A stretch of 64,000 nt of DNA from Octopus vulgaris (Eukaryota), in NCBI GenBank assembly GCA_951406725.2, contig OX597817.1, positions 28,644,001-28,708,000 on the forward strand, read 5' to 3'. Positions 13,594-27,083 of the stretch are shown one piece after another. Below the pieces are notes generated by a model. It was not told the origin of the DNA. It did no database searches and worked only from the letters and a program-made list of their open reading frames with translations. How positions within the stretch are numbered: position 1 is the stretch's first letter; each line of letters begins with the position of its first letter. Position numbers and translations under genes: made by a program.

Positions 13594-15754
13594 GGATGGT
13601 GTAATCAGTTGAAATATTTATAACCAAAATGTATTTTGGCTACATTGTTTTGCATTCTGGTTACATTGTTTTATATCAACATGAAATTTATCTTTCATCC
13701 TCTCATGATTGTTAAAATACATAACAAGTGAAGTTTTGAGAATGATATTATTAGTTGAAGCCCTTGAAGTTGGTATCCAACGTGACCACAGCCTGGTTAC
13801 TCAAGCCTGTAAAAGAGGAGGATACTCAGCATGCACATGCTTACACATGCACATAAGTTTATATATATAATAAGGGAAATGTTTTTATCAAGGCAACCCA
13901 CCAAAACTTGGGTCCAAAAAGTATATTGCTTATATCTGTGCCCATACCTAAACTTTCCCTGTCATGACTTTCTAACTTCTCAATTTCTGAATTCCCATCC
14001 CTCTATCACCATTCTAACTACATCACTATTAATGTCACTATTGTAAAATATATGAGAGCAGAATTACATATATTTTATTTTTGTGTTGTCAGTTACTCCT
14101 CCCCTTGGAACCACTTCCTTTTGTCAGCCATACATTATTCTCAATATCATCTCATCCCATTTTATTTTCCACTGAGACTCACTTTCTTCTGAGTTACATA
14201 AAACTTCCATTCCTAATCTTTAACTCTCTGTCATATCTGATAACCTTCTCAACATCCTCTCATATCTGCCACCAATACCCCATCTTATTTGTTCCTCACT
14301 AACTATATTCACTCATTCACTCTTATGTAACTTTGACCTCAATCTCTGTCACTGCGCATCCCTCTCTCACCTCCCTCACTTCACATAATCTCCCTATTTC
14401 TCATCCATTTATTATTATATGTTTGTGTTGTACCAATTGTTTTACTGTCTCTTATCTCCTCCTCCTTGATCCATTCCTATTTTTTCACCTTCACTCCTGA
14501 ACTGATATTCATCACTGACCATGCATTCACCTTTATTCAGTCTGTATTCTGCATTCTCCTCTGTTCCCCCCAGATCCTATTAAATTGTCTCGCCCATGCT
14601 AGCATGATAGATGAATGTTTGATGAAGACCAGTGGGAAAGCTTCTGTTAAGCTAAAATTGCTGGAGAAATTTACTGTAGATTGAGTACAAATAACATTTT
14701 CCTTAGAGCAATGAGAAATAGGAGTCAGTGTCTATTTCACATTGGATAAAAAGAAAAACGAAAAAATAATGAGAACTTTTATTTTTAACCATATAGATAA
14801 TCTGTATTTCAAATTAGGAGTAATTTATATCCTTTTTATTGACCTCCTATACTTTATAGGCTATCATTTGAAGTAGTTTCTCCATTTATTCTTCCAAGTA
14901 ATTCTATTGTCTACAAAATGTGTTAATCATTTAAACAAAGTTTGTCTGTTTACCAATTTATTTTAGACATACTAATGATTATTTACTACTAAATCTTTGA
15001 ACCAGTTTGTGGAGAAGACATGAAAAACTTTATTTTATTTTTGTAAAACTTTGATATAAATCATCTTGTTTTAAGTTTTGGGTGGGGATTTTTTTTATGA
15101 CTGAAACTAAAAACCTCTAAATACTGAACAATTTGTAATGAGCATTTCTGGTACATAAGAAGACTATTTCAAAGGATATATCAGAATTAATTGTCTTTTA
15201 CCCAGAAACCTACTTTAATTAATTAACACAAATCTGTATGTATGTGTACATACATATACATATACATACATGCATACATACATACATACATACATACACA
15301 CATACATACACACACACACTCACACACATACACACACACACATACACACTCACACACACACACATATATATATATGCACACACATACATAGATTGCCAGC
15401 TAGCTTTTAAAGTTAATTGTTAGAGAACACCTATCTACAACCAAAATACAGCTACCATCAATACCAAAAAGCAATAACATAATATACACACAACACCATA
15501 TGCAGAAAACATTCAGCCATTCCCTAGACATAATTGCAAAATAATTCTGTAGTGATATCAACCACCTGAAAACTTGGCTCAGAGGAAAAGCAAAAGAATA
15601 TAAAGCACAAGCAGCTGTCACTTAACAATATAAATATGTTGCACTTATATAGTATAAGACAGAACAACTAGTGACTAAATATAAGAATTCTACACCATAC
15701 ACACAAGACAGCATTAAACAGGAAGATTTTTAAACAAGTTTTCCTATACTCTCT

Positions 15755-15965
15755 CTTTTCTCTTTTCCTTGTTTCAGTCATTTGACTGCGGCCATGCTGG
15801 AGCACCGCCTTTAGTCAAGCAAATCGACCCTGGGACTTATTCTTTGTAAGCCCAGTACTTATTCTATCGGTCTCTTTTGCCGAACCGCTAAGTGACAGGG
15901 ACGTAAACACACCAGCATCGGTTGTCAAGCAATGCTAGGGGGACAAACACAGATACACAAACATA
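15755..15965 (-). mobile_element. SINE family A, 3' half
   Basis: Near-identical reverse complement of 38780-38990. Confidence 0.9.
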
Positions 15966-17077
15966 TATGAAATATTTTTGCGCATGGTCCAGAAACTCCT
16001 TCAAAGGTTTTGTTAAGCATTATTATGTTTAATGCTTTACAGGTTTACTGCTGACAAAGCATTCACTGAAAATAACAGACACCACTGCTTCCACTTATAG
16101 CAATACGAAAACTTTCAATTACTACATTCTTCTATATCTACATATAAAAAAATACTCGAATAAATACAATGATTGTGCTGATTCTTAATGATTCCTGGTG
16201 AACTATCTCTCTGCATAGAATATTGTGTTTAACATATTTAGTATCTATAATCAAATGGAATATCCCCAGAACCTCTTCTACATTAACTTTTTATAACACA
16301 TACACATATGACCTTCCAGTACCCCTTAAAGCATATGAACTGCCTGCAGCATAGAGGACATAGCAATTTCCTTGCATATCTGTATAACAACTCTTCATCA
16401 ACCACCTAGAAACATGTCTTCAGACAAATACTACTATTTCTTTGTGTTGATGGTTTGTTATGGAAAGACATTTGATTTTGCCAGTGTGCAGCCATCTTTG
16501 ACTCTAAAACATATAACAATTATGTGGTGTACTTTGATTGGAAACCAAAGTGATTTAAAGATTTTATGATTCTTCATAATAATATTAGAATAGCTTTGAA
16601 GAATTATGTTCTACAATAAGTGGTATAACGATGTTATGAACAGTTTCTCATCACTTTTAGATATCATGCATCAAGCTGAACACCATTATTTGGTAGTCAA
16701 AATGTATCAGGTCCTTGCCATTAAATGCTATAGGTGAAAAAAGAATCTTTGAGACAAGATGACCACTAAATTTGGAATTTAATCATAGCTAATTTACCAT
16801 AAAAGTAACAGAATTTGAAAAGAAAGCAACTACTTAAAGACATTGAAAAGGCTGTTTGGAAGAACATTCCAAGCAAATTGTTAATTTAAAGTTTGTATGT
16901 ATTGATACTGATGATGGCAGAGAGATGTAATGAACTCTTAAACACTCTTCAGTACTATCTCACAATAGTTTAAGCTTGGAGTAGTGATTCTTTTAACTTT
17001 GTTGTTGTTCCAAGAAGAATTTTCCATCAGCTGTGAATCAATAAAATAGGATTTTTATGCTAACAGTAAGAAACTGC

Positions 17078-17186
17078 ACATTATTTACATTAGACGGATA
17101 GTGTCCTCATCTTGTTTGTTGTTACCACATTTCGGTTGATTTATTCTCCAGCCTTCATCAGGTGTCCTAGTAGAATTTTGAACCCA
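17078..17186 (-). mobile_element. Hammerhead-bearing repeat, decayed second copy
   Basis: Aligns with 23597-23728; core gacacCTGATGAaggctg...caaccGAAA is retained but the cleavage triplet is deleted. Confidence 0.75.
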
Positions 17187-17693
17187 ACCCAATATAAATA
17201 ATGTATGAAATTTCTCATCTCTAAAATATAGAACAGTATCAAGAAACTATAACAACAATATGTCAAGCATGAATGTCGAATATCAAACTTAAAGTTCAAG
17301 AACAAATGAGGGAAATAATTTGAGTGTTATTTATTAGTTAACTTTATTGTTGTTACTGCCGCCAATACCATTACCAACACCATCATCATTAACTCTGGTG
17401 TCATTTTCATTATAATATAATTATATAAATCTGATTCATATTAATGCAAGCATTAATTTTAAAACTAAATTACCAAATCACATTAACTGGGTGTTAGACA
17501 AAATATCATATCTTTTTTGATGAGGTCTCATTACATTGTGCTCAAATCTTGCTGAGTTTGATTCTAAAGTCAATAACAATAAGTACTGGTGATGAAATGG
17601 GATCAATATAAATGATTCTACCCTTCAAGATTATTTCCCAGAATGGACAAAAGCTGTTGGCTCTAACCATTACAAAGGTTAAGCAAGTACAAA

Positions 17694-18499
17694 TCTATCT
17701 ATATATAAACGGCAGTTTGTCTGCCTGTGTGTCTGTGTGTCTGTGTGTCTGTCAGGTTGTACCCTCACCCTGACCACGGCTTTCAACCGATTCTGATGAA
17801 ACTTGACACACACATAGCCCAATGTCATAATTCAAAACTAATGCAGCGAAAATTTTGAAAAGTTCCCCCAGTTCTGAAAAGAATCGATAAATTCGACATG
17901 GGGTCAAGAATCTAAGCTTTTTATATGCAACACATTTTCTGTTGTAGTTTTCGCAACTTGCAATCGATTTTCACCAAACCTCATGGTGAAGCTTAATGTT
18001 ACCCTAAGAAACTTAATTCTGATGTTAGTTTTCCATGCAATACCTTACCATCAGAAAAAGTCGATAAAATCATGCCATTTTGGGAAATCGTGTTCAAATT
18101 CAAGATGACATCTTTTCGACAATATCTTTCACAAATTGGCAGGAATTTTTTAAAAATTCACAGCGAGCATCATGTCTGCTCCAAGGAGCTATATGGCCCT
18201 TTTTATTCCAATAGGATACTTCATTACTGGAAAAAATTGGTTAATTAAATCATATGTGGCACACATAGCAAACTGATTTGTGTATTAAACACAAACTGTC
18301 TAGGGGACACAACTCGACCTTTTTATCGCCCAAAGGGACAGCTAGGAACATTCGTATACACAGAAGTATTCGAGTGAAGAGAAGACATTGCAACCTACAC
18401 ATGCGCCTTCGTTCCCTAGAGGGAAAGGACTAGATTGGGATTAGTCGTTGCCCACTAGGGGCTCTTACATACCCGGGCAACGCCGGGCTATGCTGCTAG
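17694..18499 (+). mobile_element. Intact non-autonomous Helitron (806 bp)
   Basis: A|TCtatctatatataa 5' end, (TGTC/TG)n near the start, 3' hairpin CCCGG-gcaacg-CCGGG (18472-18487), CTAG|T end, no TSD. Confidence 0.9.
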
Positions 18500-21079
18500 T
18501 TGTATTTAAAATTATATTGCTAAAGAAATGTGTAGATTCAAACATTTTCAAAATTCCAAATACTTTGTGAGTATAAATGACATCAATATTTCATGATACT
18601 AATAATTCAACTGAATGAACTCAGTTGTGTTTTCATTAAAAAAAAAGCAGAAAGCAGCTGTAGTGCAATGACAAAAATGTTATAAAAGTTGAGAATTTTC
18701 TTTTGTTGTTACTAAATGTAGATAAAAAATTTTTTTGTGACTTGCATATAGGAAAAGATATTCTTTACAATTTGGAAAATACAAAACAAGAAAAAATTCT
18801 ATTGTACAAAACTTTAAATTTACAACTAGTATTGAGCAAATGATGATCTCTTCAAAAATAATGTAGGTTAGATTCTTTGTGAAAATTGCTTCCTTTATAT
18901 GTTTTAGTATCGTTGGGATAGTAATATGTTTACCTTCATTGTCTTCATAAATTTCAGACTACATATGTAAGAAATAATTCAGAATCACAAACATGTTGTG
19001 TCCATACTTTCTATCAGCAAGTATCAATTCCAAAACAATTTGTACTAAATTGATATCTATATAAAATGTGTTTTGTTATTCTCAATATGGACTTATTGAC
19101 TTTTGTCATTGAGTTATTCAGATGCACAAAGTGAATATGTTTCAGTTCTTGCTATTGTATTTAGTGTTGGAAAGATATATGTGGGTGTTATTTTGATTTT
19201 CTTTCTCATTTTCTAATATTTCTCTTGCATAGGCTACAGATTACAAGATATGCTATATTTCTTAATTTTTACTTCTTGGCATTTGTTATTTTTAATTTCT
19301 TATTTACAAAAAGAGTAGATAGGTGCAATTTTTTTTTCTTTGGCATTCATTTGAAATTATAAAGAGGAGGTTAAAAATTTCCTGTCTTAGAGTTCAGTAG
19401 CTGAACTTGATCTGAAAACTATGTGAAATAAAATGAGTGCAATAAACAATGTATTCTAGTAGTCTGAAACTGCACCTACTAACTTTCAAATTGTTTTAGC
19501 ATTTTGGAAGCTTAACCATTTGTGGTACCAATTTTCATGTTAGTACTTTTGATCTTTACATGTAAGTATAATTGTTGTTCTTATTAGACTAAGTATCCAG
19601 AAGTTATGGAAACACATAACACATATAGTATAATCTGTAGCTGTTTCATTCTTATGAATTACTCCTTAGTTTCTATTTTGTTGAATAATCTATTTGAACC
19701 TTGGTATTTATCTTCTATATTTTCAATCCTTTATGAAGGAAATTTACTCTTCCACTCTTAAGCTATGTTTCATCACTTTGTCTAATCAAGCATTTAATAG
19801 GATCTGAAAGTCTCAGTACATGTGGGCTTGTTGATTTTAATTTCTATATTCGTTCAGTAATGAGTTGTTGCAAAAAGCAACTTGTAATTTTCGATTGCAT
19901 TTCTTTATATGTGGCTTTGAAATTTCGAATATGTTTTCCTTCTGTTTCATGGCAAAAAAATATTTATAAGCCAAATATATCTAAAATCTAAAATATATTT
20001 TACATATTGTTTCAAGAATTTTACTTAAAATATCTTTCTATAATGTGTATCAATGAAAATCTCTAAGACTATGTTACTCCATGCCTTTTTAGCTACAACC
20101 ACTTGTAATCAGTAACTCAAGTTGTAACTTTTATAAAGCAAGTTGTTGAATTTAAAACTGATTTTAGAATATAACAAGTCGAAGAAATAGCAAGAAATGT
20201 GAACAGTCAGTTGAGCATACCTGTCAACCCCATGCATTTGACTAACAAATTCCTGTAGATCCATGTAGTTCAAAATTCAACACACTCAAATCAAATGTAT
20301 TGGGAGTGAACAGTATTCACAATGCTTTTAAGTGTAATAGCATATCTAATTTACAAAGCTTCTCATGAAAATAATCTTATTGTATAAAATTGGAGTAGGT
20401 GTGCCAAGAGGATTTCTATTTTATGATCTTAATTTTGTAAAATAGTAGTAGTAAAATAGTTGGCTGAAGCAGAGATACAACAAAAAAAATTATATTAAAT
20501 CAACTTATAAGTTACCAAGTCCATTGTTGACCAATTAATTAAACTATGTACATATAATACACATTCTCTCTCTCTCTCTCATCTTACATACCATACACAT
20601 GTACATGTAGTACATTTACATTTGTAAATGCATATGTATCTTTGTGTGTGTGTGTGTGTATAATGATGCATCAACCACTTAATGTAAAATATCTTAGAAT
20701 AATTACATTTAAAATACATTGCTCCAATTTTTCTAAGTGACAGTAAGTCATTAAAATGTAAAACGATAAGAAAACAATTAATAGACAAAGAAACAAAATA
20801 ATGAAATGGAATCTGGGTTAGTTTCTATCCTTTTGCCTATATCTTTCCTTGTGAAACAGAAATTCAGTTTTGCTTTCTTTTGGTTCATTGAGCATGAAGT
20901 AATCAATAATTTCCACTGCAAAAAAAACATCCATTTAGATTGTTCTCACTGATAACTGAACAGACTCAGTCAAATTGTTGATTAAAACCACATTTTGCCA
21001 GAATATCTGCTGTTTATTTTATTTATTTATTTATTTTATTTCCAGTCTTTTTTTGATGTGATTGTTTTAGTCATTTCCA

Positions 21080-21600
21080 TTTTAAAAATATTTTCCTTTA
21101 CTCATCTATCTCTTTCCTTTCTTTCTCTTTCTCTGTCAATTATCATTTTCTTTCTTTCACTCATTCTTTATTCAAACTTTTCTCTCTTTTCTTTCCCCTT
21201 TCTCTTTTGCTCTCGTTTTGTCTTTCTCTTTCTTTCTTTCTTTCACTTCATTCTTTTTCTCTACTTGTTCTCTTTGTTCCTCACTTTGTCCACTATTTGT
21301 TTTTCTCTTTTCCTCTCTCTCTTATCCCCTCTTATTTTCGTTTTCTTTCTTTGCATTTATCTTGCTTTCCTTAAACTCTCTTATTATTTTTCTTTCCTAT
21401 TTCTTCTTTTGTTTCCTTATTTTTTCCTTTCTGTTTTCTACTTTCACATTTTTTGTACTTATTTTTTTCTACATCTATCTTTCTTTGTCACTCTTTCCAC
21501 TCATGCAATTGCTCTTCTGTATATTACTTCATAATCATCTCTCCCTTCTTACTATCCTCACCTTCACTCACACTCACACACACACACACACATATTTCTT
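21080..21600. repeat. CT-rich low-complexity tract
   Basis: Almost purely pyrimidine; it generates the spurious F/L/S-rich ORFs at 20995-21649. Confidence 0.85.
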
Positions 21601-23596
21601 CTTTAACTCCCTTAGTGTTGGTTCCTTGTTCTCTCTTTTAGTTGTATAATATCTATATATATCTATATCTATCTACAGTTGTGTGTGCATGTGTGTGTAT
21701 TGTTATTTAACATCGTATGTATGTATGTATGTATGTATATATATATGTATAAAATTTCCTTCTAGTTTTTTTCCTTCCTTTCAATCTAGAATGATAACTG
21801 TTATTTTCCTTTACTTTATCAAACTCTTCCTGTTTCTATCATGTCTTTCATACTTTATCAATGTATCTTGTCTGCTTATCTCTTTCACATGGATTCCTTT
21901 TCTTCCTCTTTTTACTATCTGTATTTTAGCTTCCATTTCCTACTATTTTCTCCCCATTCTTACCCAGTTTCTCTTCCTTTGTCTCTTTCATGTCTTGTGG
22001 TTCATTCCTGATTTCTTTTACATTTACAAATTTCTATCTTATTTGTCTTTTATTTCCATTTTTTTTCTTTCTGATTTGCATGTCATATTAATATCATTTA
22101 TCTACTTAGATAATTTTACATCAACATCTAACTATTGTAGTAGCATAGTAATGACCCTCATTTCATATTTTATTTATCAATATCTCATCAACTTTGATTC
22201 ATATAACCTACCCATTCTCCACCTGTGTTTCAGATGATATATTATCAAAAGTAATCAGTATAGTTCATAAACTGCTTTGTGTAGCTTAAAAGGAATTTTC
22301 CTAACCAAATTTGCTCAATACAGTCTTAATTGGACTAACTTTATTGATCTTTAGATTAATAACTTCATTTTATGAAAAATGATTCTAGTCTAAACTGTGC
22401 AATAAGAAGTACACTGAAATTAATTTTTATTTTGTTTGAAGTAATTTCAGTTACTGTTTTTGTAAGGACATAGGAGTTGCAGCAAATGGAAAAAAAATCA
22501 AACTAGATAGGAGGGTTTGTGGGGAATAATTTTGAATTTATATTTAGTTGTTAGAGGAAAATGACTCCTGTGGAATTTGAACAGTATATTTCTTTTTAAA
22601 TTTATTATTAACTTGTATTGTGTACCATGACTACTAATGTAGACCACTGACTGAAGATGTTAACTTTCATTCGTCAATGTTTATGTGCTAGTAGTTTTAA
22701 GCAATCATAATGAATTGCTCAATATTCATTTATCTTACTTAATTCAATTAAACTTTCTCTATTGTCACCATTTACCCAGTAGACACTACACAAAAGAAGT
22801 AAATCTAAATGTCTGGAATTATATATATTAGATACATTTCATTTTAATTTTTTTCATTAGATATGTGTTCTCTTTTTTCAATCATTAATTTTCTTCTTTC
22901 TATTTTTATCTGCTATTAATCAAAAAAGAATTAAAAAAATTTTCACTTTCTTTATACCATTTCATGCATTCTAAATGAGTTACACTGAATGACATTTAAA
23001 TTGCTTGTCTACTGTTTGAAAATTTTAGACACTTGGAATGCATTCTTAATTTGTCCACAGATTCAATAACCACCAGTAGACTAATAGTTTTACAGACAAT
23101 TTCCAATACTTGACACAAAAATCTGCGTTCCTTCGTTTGTTATTAATTTGGTATTTCAAGACTCTGTCTGCAAGACAGAATACATCTCCAATAGCTCTTC
23201 CATTTCAACCATTATAATATGTTTTACATATTCACATGTGTATGCACTTGAACATACATTTCCACAAGTGTCTGTGTATTTCTGATGACAGTGAATGATT
23301 TGTTTCCATGGTGATGAGGACTTCAAATAAGACTGGCATGCACTTCAGTGACTGAATAGGCTAATGTGCGAGGAAGTATCCTTCTTCCTATCTTTTGGAA
23401 TTTTCATTTTTAATGCTTGGGACTTTTGGAAATTTGTATTTTTATTTGAACTTGTAAAAATGAGAAGTAAAAAACAGAACAAGAATAACAGTGACATGAA
23501 GTAAAACTATGAAACCATGCTGCAAAATTAACACATTTCTGTCAAAGACAAATTTAATATTCCATGGTTAAAAAGAAGAGAAAGAATAAAACCTTA

Positions 23597-23728
23597 TCTA
23601 CATTATTTACATTATTTACTATTGATTGATATTTGTCCTCATCTTGTTTGTTGTTAACACAACGTTTCGGCTGATATACCCTCCAGCCTTCATCAGGTGT
23701 CTTGGGGAAATTTTGAACCTGGGTTCTC
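23597..23728 (-). mobile_element. Hammerhead-bearing short retroelement fragment (Penelope/retrozyme-like)
   Basis: Repeated at 17078-17186; minus-strand end has a short (aatgtaaat) tandem; B-box-like GGTTCAAAA lies upstream of the ribozyme. Confidence 0.7.
23656..23701 (-). ncRNA. Minimal type-I hammerhead ribozyme, apparently intact
   Basis: GACAC-CTGATGA-A-GGCTG-gagggtatat-CAGCC-GAAAC-GTT-GTGTT: full core, 5-bp stem II, 5-bp stem I with one G.U, loopless palindromic stem III (AACGTT). Confidence 0.8.
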
Positions 23729-23730
23729 TT

Positions 23731-24471
23731 TAATCTGGTGTGCCAGTGTTTCTCCTTTCCTTACCCAATGTCTTCGGTGCTTGACATTTTTAGAGTGAAC
23801 CCATTTCTCGTCACCAGTTACTATTTGGTCCAAAAGAGGTTAATTTATGAGACATGACAGTAAAAAAGAACACACATTCACTCTCTGCATGTTATTAGAC
23901 TCAGAAAGTTTGTGATGAACCCATTGACCCAATTTGATGACTTTTCCAATGGCACGCAAGTGTTGATGGATGACTGAATGACCAAATCCAAGCTTCTCTG
24001 CTAGTTCCTCAACAGTTACGATGGAATTTTGTTCCACCAGGGTTTGCAGGATATCCTCATCGATCTCTACAGATCTTCCAGGACAAGGCTTACTTTCTAG
24101 GCTAGATAAATTTTTCTAGGCTTAAAAGTTTCTGGCTTAAAATTTCTGGAACCACCATTGACACTAGCTTACGCTTATTGTCTGATCTCCATGTACTGCA
24201 TTAATATTCCTTGCACTTACCATTCATTGCCTTTATTGAACTCATAAGGCAATATATGCTGAATATGCTCCTTTGTGTCTTCAATTATAGCTTTGAAAAA
24301 AATAACTTAAAATCGAACTGCACTCTTCAAAATTCACACCAAGAATAAGTAAAAAGGTGAAATTACTACCTACTTTTGTAGTAAGTTGATACAGGTAGTT
24401 TATCCCATCTCTCTCCAACTTTTAGCTCATGCAATTGAAAAACACTGCATTATTTATGGGATCACCTAATA
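23731..24471 (-). mobile_element. mariner transposon 5' portion, decayed
   Basis: TA-ttaggtgatcccataaataatgc TIR at 24471; HTH region TVEELAEKLG...GQWVHHKLSE (WVPHEL-like) and IVTGDEKWV at ~23797-23825. Confidence 0.9.
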
Positions 24472-25600
24472 TATATATATATACATCTTCTCCCATATAT
24501 TTCTCTTTCATTATTAGTACACAGTACACATATTCCAATTTTAATCACATGTCTATACCAGAATGGTTGGTTCATGGCATTAAGGCATCAGCTGTGTATC
24601 TAAACTTATATCTTTAATGTCATGATCCTTTGCTTTCTTTGCAATGTAATGTTAGATATCTAATGAATCCTATTTGATTCATTTCTCTTAAACCCCCACA
24701 GATATGTATACATTCAATTATCATTTCTCAATACTGTGCTGCCTCACACTTTTTATGTTTCAAACAGTCTGCTTTTACATACAGAGAGAAACTATATTGC
24801 TTGAAGAGATATTAGCTCCCTGAACTTCATCCATATTTTCACTATAACTGCCAGTACTGACACTAATTAGATGATCTCATAAAACACTTATCAATATTTC
24901 TTTTAAACTCAAACTCTTCCTCCGAGTCATAAAACATTACAATATTACAATGTACTGTGTTATTGCAAACTCTGTTTGTAAACCTGCACAACCTGTTTCT
25001 AATTATTTATGAATATTAATGAACATATTGTTTTGAAGAATTTCTTTTTTAATCTAATGTAGAAATTTTGCCAAAACATAATCAGAATCATATGAATAAG
25101 AAATATTTCAAATTGAAGAGAATATTAAAATGAAAATATTACTGTAAAATAAATTTTTAAAAGGTGCTAAAATATGTTGTATAGTAAGAGCCAGTGGCAT
25201 AATTCAAAATGCAAGCTGTTTAAAAACAAATGCTCATAAGAACCAATATTAATGAATAAAATTTGTCCTCTGTCATAGTAAGATGTCAAGGATATTGTTC
25301 CCCTGTTCTTAAGGTATTTAAACCAGGGGTGATTTATAAAAAAAAAAACGACAAAAAATGAAAACAAAAGAAAAACATTTTTTTTTAACTCCCAGGTATG
25401 GTCTTTCAAGAAATTAATTCAATGAAATCAAAGTTGTTTGTAAGATCACAAAAATATTTCTAAATTGAGTGCTTAAGTTAGTGTTCATGCTACTTTTTCA
25501 AATATTTTAATATTTTACAACTTCTTTCATAAGAATAATTTCTAATATATATTATTTGCTAATACTAGCTTCTTTTTATATTAAATTTCCCATATAAGCC

Positions 25601-25645
25601 ACTGCACTGCTTAAATTATGGACTGCACTGCTTAAATTATGGACT
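25601..25645. repeat. 21-bp tandem duplication
   Basis: actgcactgcttaaattatgg twice, plus act. Confidence 0.9.
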
Positions 25646-26564
25646 TATGCTGTTTATATCAGAAAATAATATATGTTGTGTTCAGTGAAAGATTTTAAAA
25701 TCATATATTAGAATGTTTTCCCTTAGCATTGTGAAATAACAGAGATTTTAAATATTATGGATACTTCCTTTAATACTATCCATGCAAATGTGAAGTGCCT
25801 GCAATGTCTGAGTTTTAGTTATATAAACTAGGTCAACTGAAATAATCCACTTTGTCAAGAGCTTATTCTGAAGAGAACTGTCAGATTTTAACTGACAGTG
25901 TTTCAGCTAGGAGTCTAAATTTTAACCTTGACCATTACACTTCTCCAGGTAATATGAATAGTCATACATTTTTTTTTTATCGAAATTGTCAGACCAGTTT
26001 CAATTTTCAGCTAACTCATTTCAATGCTAAGCATTCAAAATCAAGAATGTAATAAAAATGTATCCTTATCTGTCATTCTATAGTCCTTTTGAACGAATGG
26101 AAGATCATGTATTAAAATGTAAAATGTTACACAACAAATTTATAATATATAACTCCTAAGGCAACCTTTTATGTTGCTTTCTTTATTTTTCTACTAAATA
26201 TATCCGGGAGAGCAACGGGTGGCAGAAATTATAGAATATTAGGCAAAATATTTTTAATATTCTGTTTTCAGATCCCTCTCTGTTTAACTCTATGTTTCAT
26301 TTTTCTGGAGTTGATAAAGAAATTACCAGTATTAGGAATTATGGACAAACATATGATGAAAAAATTTTATTGGGTGATATTTGAATTCAGAACATAGCAT
26401 GAACTTGATACTGTGAATCTAGGGTTATTCTTTTGATACTCTTACAGAAAATACTGAATATAACTTGTTTGTTGAGTACTCAAAAGTATTAAGATTCGGA
26501 CTCAGAAATAGCTACAAATCCCATTTTTCTATAAGTGAATATATAGTATTACTGGAATGTTTTA

Positions 26565-26780
26565 GGTGGTGAGCTGGCAAAGTCATTAATGTGTCAGGAA
26601 AAATTTTTAACTCCATTTATGCCGACCTTATGTTCTAATTTCAAATACTACCAGGGTTGACTTTGCCTTTTGTTCTTTCAGGGTTGATAAAATAAATACC
26701 AGTTGAACACTGAGGCTGGTGTAATCAACTTCTCCTCCTCCTCTAAACCTGCTGGTCTTGCGCCAAAAATTGAAGCCAAT
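26565..26780 (+). mobile_element. SINE family B (tRNA head plus Meta/MESC-like core)
   Basis: ggtggtgagctggca...gactttgccttttgttctttcagggttgataaaataaataccag. Confidence 0.75.
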
Positions 26781-26865
26781 GTTACTAGAATGTTTATTCG
26801 TGTCTGAATTTCCAAATGCACTCATGTTTTTATATACACACACATAGTAAATAATAGTAATAATA

Positions 26866-27083
26866 ATGATCCTTTCTACTGAAAGCACAAAGCCTCAAAT
26901 TTGGGGGAAGGGGTTAAGTTGATTACATCGATCCCAGTGCATAACTGGTACTTATTTAACCGACCCCCAAAAGAATGAAAAGCAAAGTCGACCTCGGCAG
27001 AATTTGAACTCAGAACATAACGGCAAACAAAATACTACTAAGCATTTCACCTGGCATGCTAACAATTCTGCCAGCTTGCTGCC
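26866..27083 (-). mobile_element. SINE family B
   Basis: Reverse complement ggcagcaagctggcaga...gagttcaaattctgccgaggtcgactttgc...ggggtcggttaaataagtaccag. Confidence 0.85.

Noticed and set aside
14600-14680. ttgatgaag...aaa hammerhead-like remnant after a C/T-rich tract
   Set aside because: Core mutated and no convincing stems.
15470-16200. Possible very old Penelope coding remnant around the SINE
   Set aside because: Only faint motif resemblance; cannot be aligned reliably by eye.
20995-22237. Long hydrophobic ORFs resembling membrane proteins
   Set aside because: Low-complexity CT-rich DNA lacking stops by composition; overlapping ORFs occur in several frames.
23061-23113. Acceptor ttgtccacag followed by a short open frame
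   Set aside because: No donor or homology; such acceptors are common in AT-rich DNA.
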